A DNA stretch of 53,910 nucleotides from Elusimicrobia bacterium GWA2_69_24. Its GTDB lineage: Bacteria > Elusimicrobiota > Elusimicrobia > UBA1565. A program made the position numbers and the translations under genes. Below the pieces are notes generated by a model, which worked only from the letters and a program-made list of their open reading frames with translations, was not told where the DNA came from and made no database searches. The stretch spans positions 1 to 53,910 of the forward strand of contig MGTY01000132.1 in NCBI GenBank assembly GCA_001799695.1, given 5' to 3'. Below are positions 35,671-45,585 of this stretch, piece by piece; position 1 is the stretch's first letter, and each line of letters starts with the position of its first letter.

Positions 35671-37935
35671 TCACACCGCCGGGGGTACCGCAGGCCGGGG
35701 TTCCCGGCGGATCTGGCTGAGTTCCGTGATGAGGTTCCCCGCCCAGCGATAGATGTTGTTCTCCCGGATGGTCTCGCGGGATCTTTTCATCCGCGCGGAC
35801 CGCTCCTCGGAATCCATCTCCAAGGCATAGCGGATGGCGTCGGCGGTCTGCTCGATGTCGTAGGGGTTGATGATCAGGGCGTCGCGGAGTTCCCGGGAGG
35901 CCCCCGCGAAGCGGCTCAAGATCAGAACGCCGCCATTGTCCTCGCGGGCGGCGACGAATTCCTTGGCGACCAGGTTCATCCCGTCATGCAGCGACGTGAC
36001 CATGCAGAGGTCCGCATGCATATAGAAGGGGAGGATCTCGCGGTGGCTGTGGTGCTTCTTAAGATACACCACGGGCTTCCAATCCCGGGCCTTGAACTTC
36101 CAGTTGATCCTCTCGACCTCAGCATCCACCTCCGCAAGGAAGTCGTGATAGCGCTTGATGTGGGTGCGGCTCGGGGCGCCGATCTGCGCGAAGCTGAACC
36201 TGCCCTGATACTGCGGATATTTCTCCAGAAAGCGCTCTACGGCGCGCAAGCGCTCGAGCACGCCCTTGGTGTAATCCATACGCTCCACGCCCACGCCCAG
36301 GAACTCCGCCTTGGTCCCCAGCTCCTTGAGCAATGCCGCCCGGTCCAGCACCGGCTTCCCTATGGGAGCGATGTCCTGGAAGGCGTTGGGGAAGGCGACG
36401 CTGATGGGGAACGGCTTGACCACGGTGGGGTGGCCGCCCTTGATGACGGAGAAACGCTCCCAGTCGATGCGGGACTCCAGGACCCGGTCCACCGTGTCCA
36501 GGAAGTTGTTGCAGTGGAACTGGGTGTGAAATCCTATCAGGTCCGCGCCGAGCATCCCGGATAGAAGTTCCTTCTGCCAAGGGCAGATGCCGAAGGCCTC
36601 GGGATTGGGCCAGGGTATGTGCCAGAAGATCGCGATCCTCGCGTCCGGACGCCTGGCCCTGAGGAGGCTGGGCAGGAGTGCGAAGTGATAATCCTGGATG
36701 AGGAGGCAGGGCTCCTCCACCCCCGCGATCTCCTCCACGACCGCATCCGCGAATTTCTGGTTCACCCGCTGATATTGCGCCCAATCCTCCTCTCGAAAGA
36801 CCGGGCGGGCATGGGCGATGTGGCACAGGGGCCAGAACCCTTCGTTGGAGAACCCGTAGTAGTAGCCGTCTTCCTCTTCCTTGGTGATGGCCACCCGCCG
36901 CAGGGTATAGCACGGATCTTCCGGAGGGACCCGGATCCGGCCGTTCGCATCGGCGGTCTCGAAGTCGGCATCGCCGGCCCCATGGGCGACCCAGGTGCCT
37001 CCGCAAGAGCGCAGCACCGGGTCCAGGGCCGTCACCAGACCGCCGGCCGGGATGATGGTTTCTATGGCGCGGCCCCGGTGCATGTCCATGTAGGGTTCCC
37101 GATTGGAGACGATGAAAAGAGGCTTCCCCTTGAGCCGGGTCCTCACATGTTCCTTCAGCCGCTCCGGGGTCCAGAGAGACTCCGCGTTCTCCCGCAGGCG
37201 CGCCTCCTGCTCCGCCGCGGACTTGGCCGCAGCCAGATGCGCGGCGAAAGTGGAGACCTCCTTGGCGATCGGGGCGAAGAAATCGGCCTTGGGCAGCTTC
37301 AGCGGCTCCGAGGTCTCGCCGAGACGCAGCTTCTTCATCCACTCCGCCGCCTGTTCCAGGGGCCCCGCGATGTTCCACTTCACGACCAGCAGGGTCACGA
37401 AGGTGATGAGGACCATCTGGATCATGACCCGCAGAAAGGTGCGGCGCCAGATCCGTGAAAGATGACTCTGGATGAATGCCGCGTCATGGACGATGAGCAA
37501 GGCGCCCGCGATCTTGTCATCCGGACGCAGCGGCAAGGCATGCAGATGCAGGTCTCGTCCGCCGACGGTCACAAATCCGCCGACGTCCACCCCCGCGGTC
37601 ATGGATTCCGCGACGATCGGCGGCAGCCCGGGCAGCACCGAGGCGAGGCTGGCGGTGACCGCCAGCGGCGTGCCTTTGAGGTCGTATACCGCCACCCCGG
37701 CCAACCGCTCCCGGTTCCCGAATCGCTCCACCAGGCGCTGGAGCTTCTGGGAAGGCCCCTTCGTCAGAAGAGGCTCCACGGATTCCTGGAGGCTCTGCGC
37801 GAGCAGCAGGGAGCGGCGCCCCAGATCCTCTTGCTGGATCTCTCGTTCCTGACGCAGCTGGAAGAAGGCTGAGAAAGCGGCCACCGCGGCCACGACGACC
37901 AGGAGGGACAGCGTCAGCCTTAGTGTTATCCGCAT
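35671..37935 (-). CDS. otsA: Trehalose-6-phosphate synthase (GT20) with an N-terminal extension of about 250 aa: TM, extracytoplasmic domain, TM, HAMP-like linker
   Basis: GT20 blocks are FIVSNREPY, FWHIPWP, LGADLIGFHT and ILSRFAGAS. The N-terminal hydrophobic helices are LRLTLSLLVVVAAVAAFSAFF and VMIQMVLITFVTLLVV. Confidence 0.85.
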   Translation of the reverse strand: MRITLRLTLSLLVVVAAVAAFSAFFQLRQEREIQQEDLGRRSLLLAQSLQESVEPLLTKGPSQKLQRLVERFGNRERLAGVAVYDLKGTPLAVTASLASVLPGLPPIVAESMTAGVDVGGFVTVGGRDLHLHALPLRPDDKIAGALLIVHDAAFIQSHLSRIWRRTFLRVMIQMVLITFVTLLVVKWNIAGPLEQAAEWMKKLRLGETSEPLKLPKADFFAPIAKEVSTFAAHLAAAKSAAEQEARLRENAESLWTPERLKEHVRTRLKGKPLFIVSNREPYMDMHRGRAIETIIPAGGLVTALDPVLRSCGGTWVAHGAGDADFETADANGRIRVPPEDPCYTLRRVAITKEEEDGYYYGFSNEGFWPLCHIAHARPVFREEDWAQYQRVNQKFADAVVEEIAGVEEPCLLIQDYHFALLPSLLRARRPDARIAIFWHIPWPNPEAFGICPWQKELLSGMLGADLIGFHTQFHCNNFLDTVDRVLESRIDWERFSVIKGGHPTVVKPFPISVAFPNAFQDIAPIGKPVLDRAALLKELGTKAEFLGVGVERMDYTKGVLERLRAVERFLEKYPQYQGRFSFAQIGAPSRTHIKRYHDFLAEVDAEVERINWKFKARDWKPVVYLKKHHSHREILPFYMHADLCMVTSLHDGMNLVAKEFVAAREDNGGVLILSRFAGASRELRDALIINPYDIEQTADAIRYALEMDSEERSARMKRSRETIRENNIYRWAGNLITELSQIRREPRPAVPPAV

Positions 37936-37972
37936 GGAGCAGACCTCGCCTTCGGACCGTCAAGGGAAGGTA

Positions 37973-39139
37973 TCATTTCTGCAGGACCCTTTTGAGGAGC
38001 AACGGGGCGAGGAACGTCGTGGCCACGACCATGCCGACGACCGCGGTATAAAGCGGCACGGCGATCACGCCCGATGCCAGTCCGATCTGGGCGAAGATGA
38101 GGCCCACCTCTCCCCGGGGGATCATGCCGACGCCGATCCCCAGCCGGTTCAAACCGCGCCCCCATACGGCCCAGCCGCTGACCACCTTGCCGATGATGGC
38201 CAGGACGATGAGCGCCGCGGCCAAGCCCAACATGGCGCGGTTCTCCGGGAAGAAGGGGTTGTAGGCGCCCAGCCGCACCTTGGCTCCGACCATCACGAAG
38301 AAGATCGGGACGAATAGGTCGGATATGGGCTTGAGAGTCGTATCGATATCCTCGCGCTTGTCCGTTCGCGCGAGGATGATCCCCGCCGTGAATGCTCCTA
38401 CGATCATCGCGGTGCCCAGCGCCTGGGCCAGGAGGGCCATGGCGAAGGCGAAACAAAGCGCCGATACGATGAGCACCCCCCTTACCCTCATCCGGTGCAC
38501 GATCTTCACCATGACATCCGAGACATGGGGGCCGATCCAAAGTGCGGCGCCGAGGAACACGACCGCCAGCAGCGTGGTGCGCAGGACGCTGAACCAAGAC
38601 AAGGAGCCGGACGCTGCGATGCCCTGGACCGCGGACAGGATGATGATGCCTAGGATATCGTCGATGACGGCTGCGCCCAATACGATCTGAGCCTCCGGGA
38701 TCCCCAGCCTGCCCATATCCGCAAGGACCCGCGCCGTGATGCCGACACTCGTCGCCGTGAGCGCGGCCCCGATGAAGACCGCCTGCATCCCGCCGTATCC
38801 CAGGAGGGACATGAGACCGTAACCCAGCAGGAACGGCACCGCGACTCCGACAGAGGCCACGGCCAGAGAAACCGGCCCGACCTTGAGCAACTGGGAGAGG
38901 TCGCTGTTGATTCCGGTCTCGAAGAGCAGGAGGATGACCCCGACCTCGGCTAGGATGGCCAGGACGGAGTCGTCCGGGTGGAAGAACGGAAATAATCCGA
39001 ACCCCAGAACGACTCCGCCCAGCAGTTCCCCGAGAACGGCGGGCTGACCCCAGCGCTCGGCCAATTCCCCGAAGAGCTTGGCGCTGAGGAGGATGGCGAG
39101 CAGATTCGCCAGCAATCCGGCGATCCCCGGCTCATGCAT
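37973..39139 (-). CDS. Cation:proton antiporter, CPA2/KefB-like membrane domain
   Basis: About 12 TM helices, a Na_H_exchanger-like composition, and no C-terminal TrkA domain. Confidence 0.75.
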   Translation of the reverse strand: MHEPGIAGLLANLLAILLSAKLFGELAERWGQPAVLGELLGGVVLGFGLFPFFHPDDSVLAILAEVGVILLLFETGINSDLSQLLKVGPVSLAVASVGVAVPFLLGYGLMSLLGYGGMQAVFIGAALTATSVGITARVLADMGRLGIPEAQIVLGAAVIDDILGIIILSAVQGIAASGSLSWFSVLRTTLLAVVFLGAALWIGPHVSDVMVKIVHRMRVRGVLIVSALCFAFAMALLAQALGTAMIVGAFTAGIILARTDKREDIDTTLKPISDLFVPIFFVMVGAKVRLGAYNPFFPENRAMLGLAAALIVLAIIGKVVSGWAVWGRGLNRLGIGVGMIPRGEVGLIFAQIGLASGVIAVPLYTAVVGMVVATTFLAPLLLKRVLQK

Positions 39140-39154
39140 ATCGATCCCTCTTCC

Positions 39155-39298
39155 CTAAAACACGCGGATGCCGAAAAGGAATCGGAGGAGTAATAGGACC
39201 AGTCCGGCCACCACGAAGGATATCACCAGGGCGGTGAATCCGCCCCCCCCTACGCCCCCCTCCGATGACTCCGGCTTCTGAACCTTGTCGTCGTGCAT
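39155..39298 (-). CDS. Small single-TM protein (47 aa), not in the supplied ORF track. Lies immediately upstream of the antiporter
   Basis: ATG is preceded by GGAGGG 7 nt upstream. The product is MHDDKVQKPESSEGGVGGGGFTALVISFVVAGLVLLLLRFLFGIRVF. Its stop lies 13 nt before the antiporter start. Confidence 0.4.
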   Translation of the reverse strand: MHDDKVQKPESSEGGVGGGGFTALVISFVVAGLVLLLLRFLFGIRVF

Positions 39299-39384
39299 GA
39301 TGGTCCCTCCACAGATGTGGAGCGGCGATAAACAAAAGGGCCGCCCGAGGATATCCGGGCGGCAAAAAGGCCGCCCGGGTTTCC

Positions 39385-39546
39385 CTAGTGTAGTGAGTCA
39401 TAAGTCCAATTACATTCGTCACCCCGGCGAAAGCCGGGGTCCAGGCCCCAGAACAGGTCTTTTGAATCCGTTCCTCACGCTGGATACCGGCTGGCGCCGG
39501 TATGACGGCTTTTCAAATGTAAAGAAGCGTTGAACTCACTACACTA
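39385..39546 (-). mobile_element. Family-2 MITE-like element, copy 2 (162 bp, perfect 14-bp TIR CTAGTGTAGTGAGT)
   Basis: The reverse complement matches 9419-9585. It contains the hairpin CCCCGGCGAAAGCCGGGG after TTCGTCA. Confidence 0.65.
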
Positions 39547-39650
39547 GATGGCGGCCCGACCATCTCATTCCTCCGGAGCGATGGACCGCTCCGGACCCTT
39601 TTGTACTCGGCTACATTATATCAAAGCACGGCGGGACGCGCCCTCCGTTC

Positions 39651-40640
39651 TCAGGCGGCGCGTTCGGCGCGGAAGCGGCTGAAGATCATGCGGCCGGCGG
39701 AGGTCTGCAGGATGGAGGAGACCTGCACGTCCACCCGCTTGCCGATGTGCCGCTTGCCGTCCTCCACGATCACCATCGTCCCGTCGTCCAGGTAGCCGAC
39801 CCCCTGCTCCCGCTCCTTGCCTTCCTTCATAACGAAGAGCGACATGCACTCCCCGGGCAGCACCACGGGCTTCAAGGCATTGGTGAGGTCGTTGATGTTG
39901 AGGCAGAGCACCCCTTCGATCGCGGCGATCTTGTTGAGGTTGAAATCCGTGGTCAACACCTTGGCCCCCAGGTCCTTGGCCAGGCGCACGATCTTGGCGT
40001 CCACCTCGTCGCACTCGGGCACGTCCCGGTCGATGATCTTGGTCGCGATGCCCGGGTTCTCCTGCAGGCGGGCCAGGATGTCGAGCCCCCGGCGGCCGCG
40101 GGCGCGCTTGAGGTTGTCCGGGGAGTCGGCGAGCCCATGCAGTTCGTTGAGCACGAAGCGCGGCACCACCAGGGCGCCGCTCAGGAACTTGGTCTCGCAG
40201 ATGTCCACCACCCGGCCGTCGATGATGGAGCTGGTATCCACCACCTTCAGGTCCGCCCCACGCCTGCGGGAGGAGGCCAGGATGTCGCGGTCGAGCGAGT
40301 CCAACTCCGGGAACTTGCGGACGCTGACCACGAGCCCAAGGGTCGCGAAGGCGAAGTAGCGCAGGAGGGCATACTTGTCCCACTGGGTATAGAAGGCGTC
40401 GCTGGCCACCTGGCGCACGAGGTAGTCGATGAAGCTGGCAAGCAGGGTGGCCACCCCGGCCCCCAGGATGCCGAAGATCATGGTAAGGAGGTTGATGGAT
40501 TCCAGCGCCAGCTCGACCGCCACCAGAGTGACGCCGACCAGGAGGCCGATGAGGAGGCCGGTCTTGTCCCGGGCGATCTGCGTGTAGGCGAGGATGGGGC
40601 AGGCGATGACGATGAGGATGCGGTAGATCCAAGCTGTCAT
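39651..40640 (-). CDS. PIN plus TRAM domain protein (YacL-like) with an N-terminal membrane segment
   Basis: AAGGAG RBS. The N-terminal TM helices are followed by a PIN-like D...D core and a C-terminal TRAM-like beta region. The start is at internal M of track ORF 39651..41444. Confidence 0.7.
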   Translation of the reverse strand: MTAWIYRILIVIACPILAYTQIARDKTGLLIGLLVGVTLVAVELALESINLLTMIFGILGAGVATLLASFIDYLVRQVASDAFYTQWDKYALLRYFAFATLGLVVSVRKFPELDSLDRDILASSRRRGADLKVVDTSSIIDGRVVDICETKFLSGALVVPRFVLNELHGLADSPDNLKRARGRRGLDILARLQENPGIATKIIDRDVPECDEVDAKIVRLAKDLGAKVLTTDFNLNKIAAIEGVLCLNINDLTNALKPVVLPGECMSLFVMKEGKEREQGVGYLDDGTMVIVEDGKRHIGKRVDVQVSSILQTSAGRMIFSRFRAERAA

Positions 40641-42034
40641 GGGTTCTCCTTGAAACTGACGGCCGCGGCGGACCGAAGGTCCTCCGCGCCGAATACCTCG
40701 ATGGAGGGGTTCCCCCCCGACTGACGGAGCGCCGCGAGCGAACGCGCGGAGACCACGGCTTTCTTGAAGCCCGCCCGGCCCGCTTCCTGAAGGCGGCGGT
40801 CGAGGAGGCCGATGCGCCCCAGCCGTCCCAGGAGCCCCACCTCCCCCAAAAACACCTGGTCGGCCGGCAGGGCCTCGTCCCGCGCCGAGGAGAGGATGGC
40901 GAGACACGCCGCGAGCTCCAGCGCGGGGTCGCGCAGGCGCAGGCCGCCCGCCACGTTGAGATACACGTCTTTCGATTCCAGGCGCAATCGCAGATGCTTC
41001 TCCAGGGAGGCCACCAGGACCAGGACGCGGTTCAAGTCCAGCCCGGTGGCCATGCGCCGCGGCAGCGGATAGCGCGTGGGGGTCACCAGGGCCTGCACCT
41101 CGGCCAGGATGGGGCGGTTCCCCTCCATGGCCACCGAGACCGCGCGCCCCGCGCCCGCGCCCTCCCCCAATTCCTCGATGAAGAAGGCGGAGGCGTCCGA
41201 CACCTCTCGGAGCCCCCCCTCGAACATCTCGAAGAGGCCGAGCTCGGACGCGGAGCCGAAGCGGTTCTTCTGCGCCCGCAGGATGCGCAAAGACTGCCGG
41301 GCCTCCAGGTCGAACTGGAGCACCGTGTCCACGAGGTGCTCGAGCACCATGGGGCCCGCCACGCTCCCCTCCTTGGTCACGTGACCGAGGAGGAAGAGGA
41401 CGGAGCCGCGCTTCTTGACCGCCCGCAGGAGCTCGGCCGCGCACTCGCGCACCTGCCCCACCGAGCCCGCGCCTCCCGTCATGTCCGCGCGGCAGACCGT
41501 CTGGATCGAGTCCAGCACCACGACGCGCGGGCCGTGCTCCGAAATGGCATTCACGATCTTATGCAGGTCGGTCTCGGCGAGGAGCAGGATCTGCTCGGAG
41601 CGCACACCCAGGCGCTTGGCCCGCCCCGAGATCTGTCCCAGGGATTCCTCGCCGCTGACGTAGAGGACTTTACCCGAGGACGCGAGCTTCCCGGCGACCT
41701 GGAGCATCAAGGTGGACTTCCCGATCCCCGGGGGGCCCGCCAGCAGGGCCACCTGCCCCGCGACCAGCCCGCCGCCGAGCAGACGGTCGAACTCGCCGAT
41801 GCCGGTCGCCAGGCGCTCCTCCGCGGGACCCTCGGTCCCGGAGAGCGGCACCACCTCGGAGCTGAAATCCGTGAGGGAACGCGGCGCCGCACGCTCCCCG
41901 GCGGCGGAGCGCACCTCCACCGCCTCCTCGACCAGGGAGCTCCAGGCGCCGCAGCCCGGGCATTGGCCCGCCCACTTGGGCTCCGAATGCCCGCACTCCG
42001 AACAACTGTAGACGGATCTAAGTCGCGCCATCAT
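40637..42034 (-). CDS. radA: DNA repair protein RadA/Sms
   Basis: The CSECGHSEPKWAGQCPGCGAW zinc finger. Walker A GPPGIGKST. KNRFG motif. A Lon-like C-terminus. Confidence 0.9.
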   Translation of the reverse strand: MMARLRSVYSCSECGHSEPKWAGQCPGCGAWSSLVEEAVEVRSAAGERAAPRSLTDFSSEVVPLSGTEGPAEERLATGIGEFDRLLGGGLVAGQVALLAGPPGIGKSTLMLQVAGKLASSGKVLYVSGEESLGQISGRAKRLGVRSEQILLLAETDLHKIVNAISEHGPRVVVLDSIQTVCRADMTGGAGSVGQVRECAAELLRAVKKRGSVLFLLGHVTKEGSVAGPMVLEHLVDTVLQFDLEARQSLRILRAQKNRFGSASELGLFEMFEGGLREVSDASAFFIEELGEGAGAGRAVSVAMEGNRPILAEVQALVTPTRYPLPRRMATGLDLNRVLVLVASLEKHLRLRLESKDVYLNVAGGLRLRDPALELAACLAILSSARDEALPADQVFLGEVGLLGRLGRIGLLDRRLQEAGRAGFKKAVVSARSLAALRQSGGNPSIEVFGAEDLRSAAAVSFKENP

Positions 42035-42069
42035 CCCCTATTCGGCCGCCGCCGCATCGCTCATGGTAC

Positions 42070-42966
42070 TCAATCCTTGATCTTCTTGTCCCGGAGCTGT
42101 TTGTAAGCGTCCCGCATGAAGGTGTAGGGGTCCAGGGCGTCCTTCTTCAGGCTCTCGTACTCACCTAGGTGCAAAGACAGCCAATTGACCTGGTCTCCGG
42201 CGCTCACGCCCACCGTCGTGGGCATGTTGGCCACGTAGCCGACGGGACTCAGGAACACGGCGGGGAGCATCATGAGCCCGTCGCGCAGGTTGGTCGGGCC
42301 CAGCAAGGGCAGGACCAGGGGGAAACCATCTCCCACGCCGTACTTCCCCAGGGTCTGCCCCAGGTCCTCGTCCGGCGGCGGAGGCAGCCTGAACCAGCGG
42401 TCCGCGGGGTCGAAGAGCCCCGCGATCCCCAGGGTGGAATTGGCGAGGAAGCGTCCCAGCTCGATGCCGGCGCGCTTGACCTTGAACTGCAGCACGCAGC
42501 CGATGAAGCGGACCGGGAAGCCGAGGTTCCGGTAGCCCCGGTTCACGCTGACCCGCACGGGCCTCGGCGTCACCGCCGCGAACGACCAGGCCAACGGCTT
42601 GCCCACCCAGAAGTAGAACTTGTCGTTGACCGCGAACATCACCCGGTTGTAGCCGCGCAGGGGATCGAAGACCGGCTTCAGGGCGGCGGTGCTGGATGCG
42701 GTCTGGAACTCCCCGGCGAACTGGTCGAACTCCGACCCGGCGCTCTCCGTCGTCGTGGACGCTTCCGGAACGGCGGCCTCCGCCGTGGCGTCCGACGCGA
42801 GCGACTCCGAAGGAGCCAGCGGCGCCGACAGCACGTTCGCCACCGACGGGACCGGGATCGAGGCGGCCAGAAGGACGACATCCCCGGGGGCGGAGGACTC
42901 CTCCGCCCGGACCGCCGGCGTCCACAGGACGACGAAAGCCAGCGCCGCGGCCGGAGAGACCTTCAT
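42070..42966 (-). CDS. mlaA: MlaA/VacJ-family outer-membrane lipoprotein
   Basis: The conserved MlaA core is DPLRGYNRVMFAVNDKFYFWVGKPLAWSFAAVTPRPVRVSVNRGYRNLGFP. Confidence 0.8.
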   Translation of the reverse strand: MKVSPAAALAFVVLWTPAVRAEESSAPGDVVLLAASIPVPSVANVLSAPLAPSESLASDATAEAAVPEASTTTESAGSEFDQFAGEFQTASSTAALKPVFDPLRGYNRVMFAVNDKFYFWVGKPLAWSFAAVTPRPVRVSVNRGYRNLGFPVRFIGCVLQFKVKRAGIELGRFLANSTLGIAGLFDPADRWFRLPPPPDEDLGQTLGKYGVGDGFPLVLPLLGPTNLRDGLMMLPAVFLSPVGYVANMPTTVGVSAGDQVNWLSLHLGEYESLKKDALDPYTFMRDAYKQLRDKKIKD

Positions 42967-44165
42967 CGCAGGTAGACTCGCGGCACGCGCGCGCTCAGAC
43001 CGGTCGCGATCTGGTACGGGATCGTCCCGGAACGGCGTGCGACCTCGCCGGCGGTGATCTCGAGCTTCCCGGAGCGTCCGATCAGCACCGCCTCATCCCC
43101 GACCTCGGGGCGGGGCACTCCGCTCACGTCCACCATCGTCATATCCATGGTCACCGCGCCCAGGATGGGACAGCGCCGGCCGCGGATGAGCACGGACGCC
43201 CCCGGGACCGGGCTGCCCGCGCTCAGCTGCCGGGGCAGACCGTCCCCGTAGCCGATGGGGAGCGTGGCCACGCGCCCCGCGCGGGCCATGCGGTGATGCC
43301 GGCCGTAGCCGATCCAGGTCCCGGCGCGGACCTGCTTGAGGAAGACGACCCGGGTCTTGAGGCTGAGCACCGGCGTAAAATCCTCGAACAGGCCGTAGGC
43401 GGCCAGGCCGGGGCGGACCAGGTCCCAGCGGCTCTCCGGGAAGCGCAGGGCGCCCGCGGAGTTCGCGGCGTGCCGGATGGGGATGCGTCCGCCCAGCCGC
43501 TCGGCGCCGGCGACCGCCTCCGCGAAAGCGGCGAGCTGGCGCCGCGTAAACAGGGCGTCCTCGTCCGCGCGGGCCAGATGGGTGTAGATCCCCTGCAGGC
43601 GCACGCCCCGGACGCCGAGGAGGTATTCTACGACCTCGCGCCCCGCCGGCCAGCGGACCCCGATGCGCCCCATGCCCGTGTCGATCTTGAGATGGCAGCA
43701 CAAGGGCAGGCGGCGCCGCTCCCGGGGCGCCAGATGCCCGGCGGCGCGCACGAGGCGCTTGGCGCCGTCCAGCGAGGCCACGGTCGGCGTCAGCCCGTAG
43801 CGGATCGCGGCGAGCGTGCTCTCGAAAGGATATAAGGAGCCCAGGATGAGGATGGGGACGCGCAGGCCCGCCTCGCGGAGCACGGCCCCCTCCTCGACGG
43901 AGGAGACCCCCAGCCAGGCGGCGTGCTTGGCGGCCACCGCCGCGCGGGCGACCTCGACCGCCCCATGCCCGTAGCCGTCGGCCTTCACCACGAAGAGGAT
44001 GCGCGCGTCCCGGCCCACCCGGTCCTGGATCCGTTCCAGGTTGGCGCGCAGGGCGCGCAGATCGATCTCCGCCCAGGTCGGACGGTAGAGCTTGGGGAAC
44101 CGGATGGAATAGACGCCGCTCCCCGCGGCAGGCGCCCCGTGGAACCTATGGGGCGCGGCGGTCAC
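42963..44165 (-). CDS. alr: Alanine racemase
   Basis: RPTWAEIDLRALRANL. PLP lysine block VVKADGYGHG. C-terminal YGDG block. The true start may be internal. Confidence 0.85.
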   Translation of the reverse strand: MTAAPHRFHGAPAAGSGVYSIRFPKLYRPTWAEIDLRALRANLERIQDRVGRDARILFVVKADGYGHGAVEVARAAVAAKHAAWLGVSSVEEGAVLREAGLRVPILILGSLYPFESTLAAIRYGLTPTVASLDGAKRLVRAAGHLAPRERRRLPLCCHLKIDTGMGRIGVRWPAGREVVEYLLGVRGVRLQGIYTHLARADEDALFTRRQLAAFAEAVAGAERLGGRIPIRHAANSAGALRFPESRWDLVRPGLAAYGLFEDFTPVLSLKTRVVFLKQVRAGTWIGYGRHHRMARAGRVATLPIGYGDGLPRQLSAGSPVPGASVLIRGRRCPILGAVTMDMTMVDVSGVPRPEVGDEAVLIGRSGKLEITAGEVARRSGTIPYQIATGLSARVPRVYLR

Positions 44166-45562
44166 GACTCGAACTCGCCCTGGCCCGACCCCTCGTCCCC
44201 GGGTTCGGGGACGTCGGTGGCGCTCTCGAAGCGGGTCAATTCGTGCCGGAACACGAGCTCGACCGTGCCCACGGGGCCGTTGCGCTGCTTGGAGATGATG
44301 AGCTCGGCCTTGTTCTGGACCGAGGGGTCGTCGCGCTTGTAGTAGCCTTCCCGGTAGATGAAGGCCACGACGTCGGCGTCCTGCTCCAGGGCGCCGGACT
44401 CGCGCAGGTCCGAGAGCTGGGGCCGGCTGTCGGAGCGGCCCTTGTCCTCGGGGCGCCGCGAGAGCTGGGACAGGGCGATGACCGGCAGGTTCATGTCCCG
44501 CGCCAGGGCCTTCAGCCCGCGGGAGATCTCCGAGACCTCCTGCTGGCGGCTCTCGGAGCGGCGGGAGCTCCCCCGCATGAGCTGGAGATAGTCGATGACG
44601 ATCAGGCCCAGCTCTTTGCCTTCGGCGCGCAGCTCGTTGGCCAGGCGGCGGGAGCGGCTGCGGACCTCCAGCACCGAGAGACTGGTCCCATCGTCGATGA
44701 ATAGCGGCGCCTCGGAGATGCGGGCCGCCGCGTTGGTCAGGTCAGTCCAGCTGCTGCGCTTGAAATAACCGGTCCGCACATCCTGCTGGTTCACCCGGGC
44801 CTCCGAGGAGATGAGCCGGGTCATGATGGAGCTGCGCGACATCTCCATCGAGAACACCGCGACGGGGATGGCCGGGTCCTTGAGCGCCACGTTCGCCGCG
44901 ATGTTGAGGGCGAGGGCGGTCTTGCCCTGGCTGGGGCGGGCGGCCAGCAGGATGAGGTCGCCGCGCTGGAGCCCCGCCGTCATCTTGTCGATGCGCTTGA
45001 AGCCGGTGGGCACGCCGATGACTTCCTGCTTGCGCTGGTGCAGGAGTTCGATGCGCTCGATGACCTCGTGGGAGAGCTCCTTGGCCCGGTAGAAGCTGGA
45101 GACGGTCTGCTTCTGGGCGACCGCGAGGATGTTCTGCTGGGCCTCATCGAGGAGCGCGTCGGCCTCCTTCTCCGTCCCATAGCACTGGCCTACGATGTCG
45201 GTGGAGACCCGGATCAGCTCCCGCAGGACCGAGCGTTCCCGGACGATCTTGGCGTAATGGTCGACGTAGCCGGCGGTGGAGACCTTTTGGGTGAGCTCGG
45301 CGAGGTAGGAGGCGCCGCCGATCTCGCCGATCTGCTTGAGGCGCTTGAGCTCCTCGCCGACCGTGACGCAGTCGATGGCCTGTCCGTTCTCGCAAAGGCC
45401 GAGGATCGCCGCGAAGATCTTGCGGTGGGCGTCCCGGTAGAAATCCTTCTCTTCCAGCAGATCGACGGCCTTTTCGACGGCTTCGGCTTCGATGAGCATC
45501 GAGCCGAGAACGGCCATCTCGGCCTCCAACGCCTGAGGCGGAATGTGCGGCGAATCGGGCAT
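44162..45562 (-). CDS. dnaB: Replicative DNA helicase DnaB
   Basis: PPQALEAEMAVLGSML is the DnaB N-terminus. Walker A ARPSQGKTA. The start is at internal M with a GGGAGGGAG RBS. Confidence 0.9.
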   Translation of the reverse strand: MPDSPHIPPQALEAEMAVLGSMLIEAEAVEKAVDLLEEKDFYRDAHRKIFAAILGLCENGQAIDCVTVGEELKRLKQIGEIGGASYLAELTQKVSTAGYVDHYAKIVRERSVLRELIRVSTDIVGQCYGTEKEADALLDEAQQNILAVAQKQTVSSFYRAKELSHEVIERIELLHQRKQEVIGVPTGFKRIDKMTAGLQRGDLILLAARPSQGKTALALNIAANVALKDPAIPVAVFSMEMSRSSIMTRLISSEARVNQQDVRTGYFKRSSWTDLTNAAARISEAPLFIDDGTSLSVLEVRSRSRRLANELRAEGKELGLIVIDYLQLMRGSSRRSESRQQEVSEISRGLKALARDMNLPVIALSQLSRRPEDKGRSDSRPQLSDLRESGALEQDADVVAFIYREGYYKRDDPSVQNKAELIISKQRNGPVGTVELVFRHELTRFESATDVPEPGDEGSGQGEFES

Positions 45563-45585
45563 GGACTCCCTCCCGGCGGAGCCGG

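Noticed and set aside
39132-39422. 96-aa ORF overlapping the antiporter start
   Set aside because: Its product is Arg/Gly/Pro-rich. It runs across the homopolymeric G/C tract and into the MITE. The alternative 47-aa frame has a strong RBS and a clean TM helix.
39616-40632. 338-aa ORF overlapping the PIN-TRAM gene
   Set aside because: It is in a different frame on the same strand as a gene with a strong RBS and recognisable domains, and its product is an Arg/Pro/Gly-rich shadow translation.
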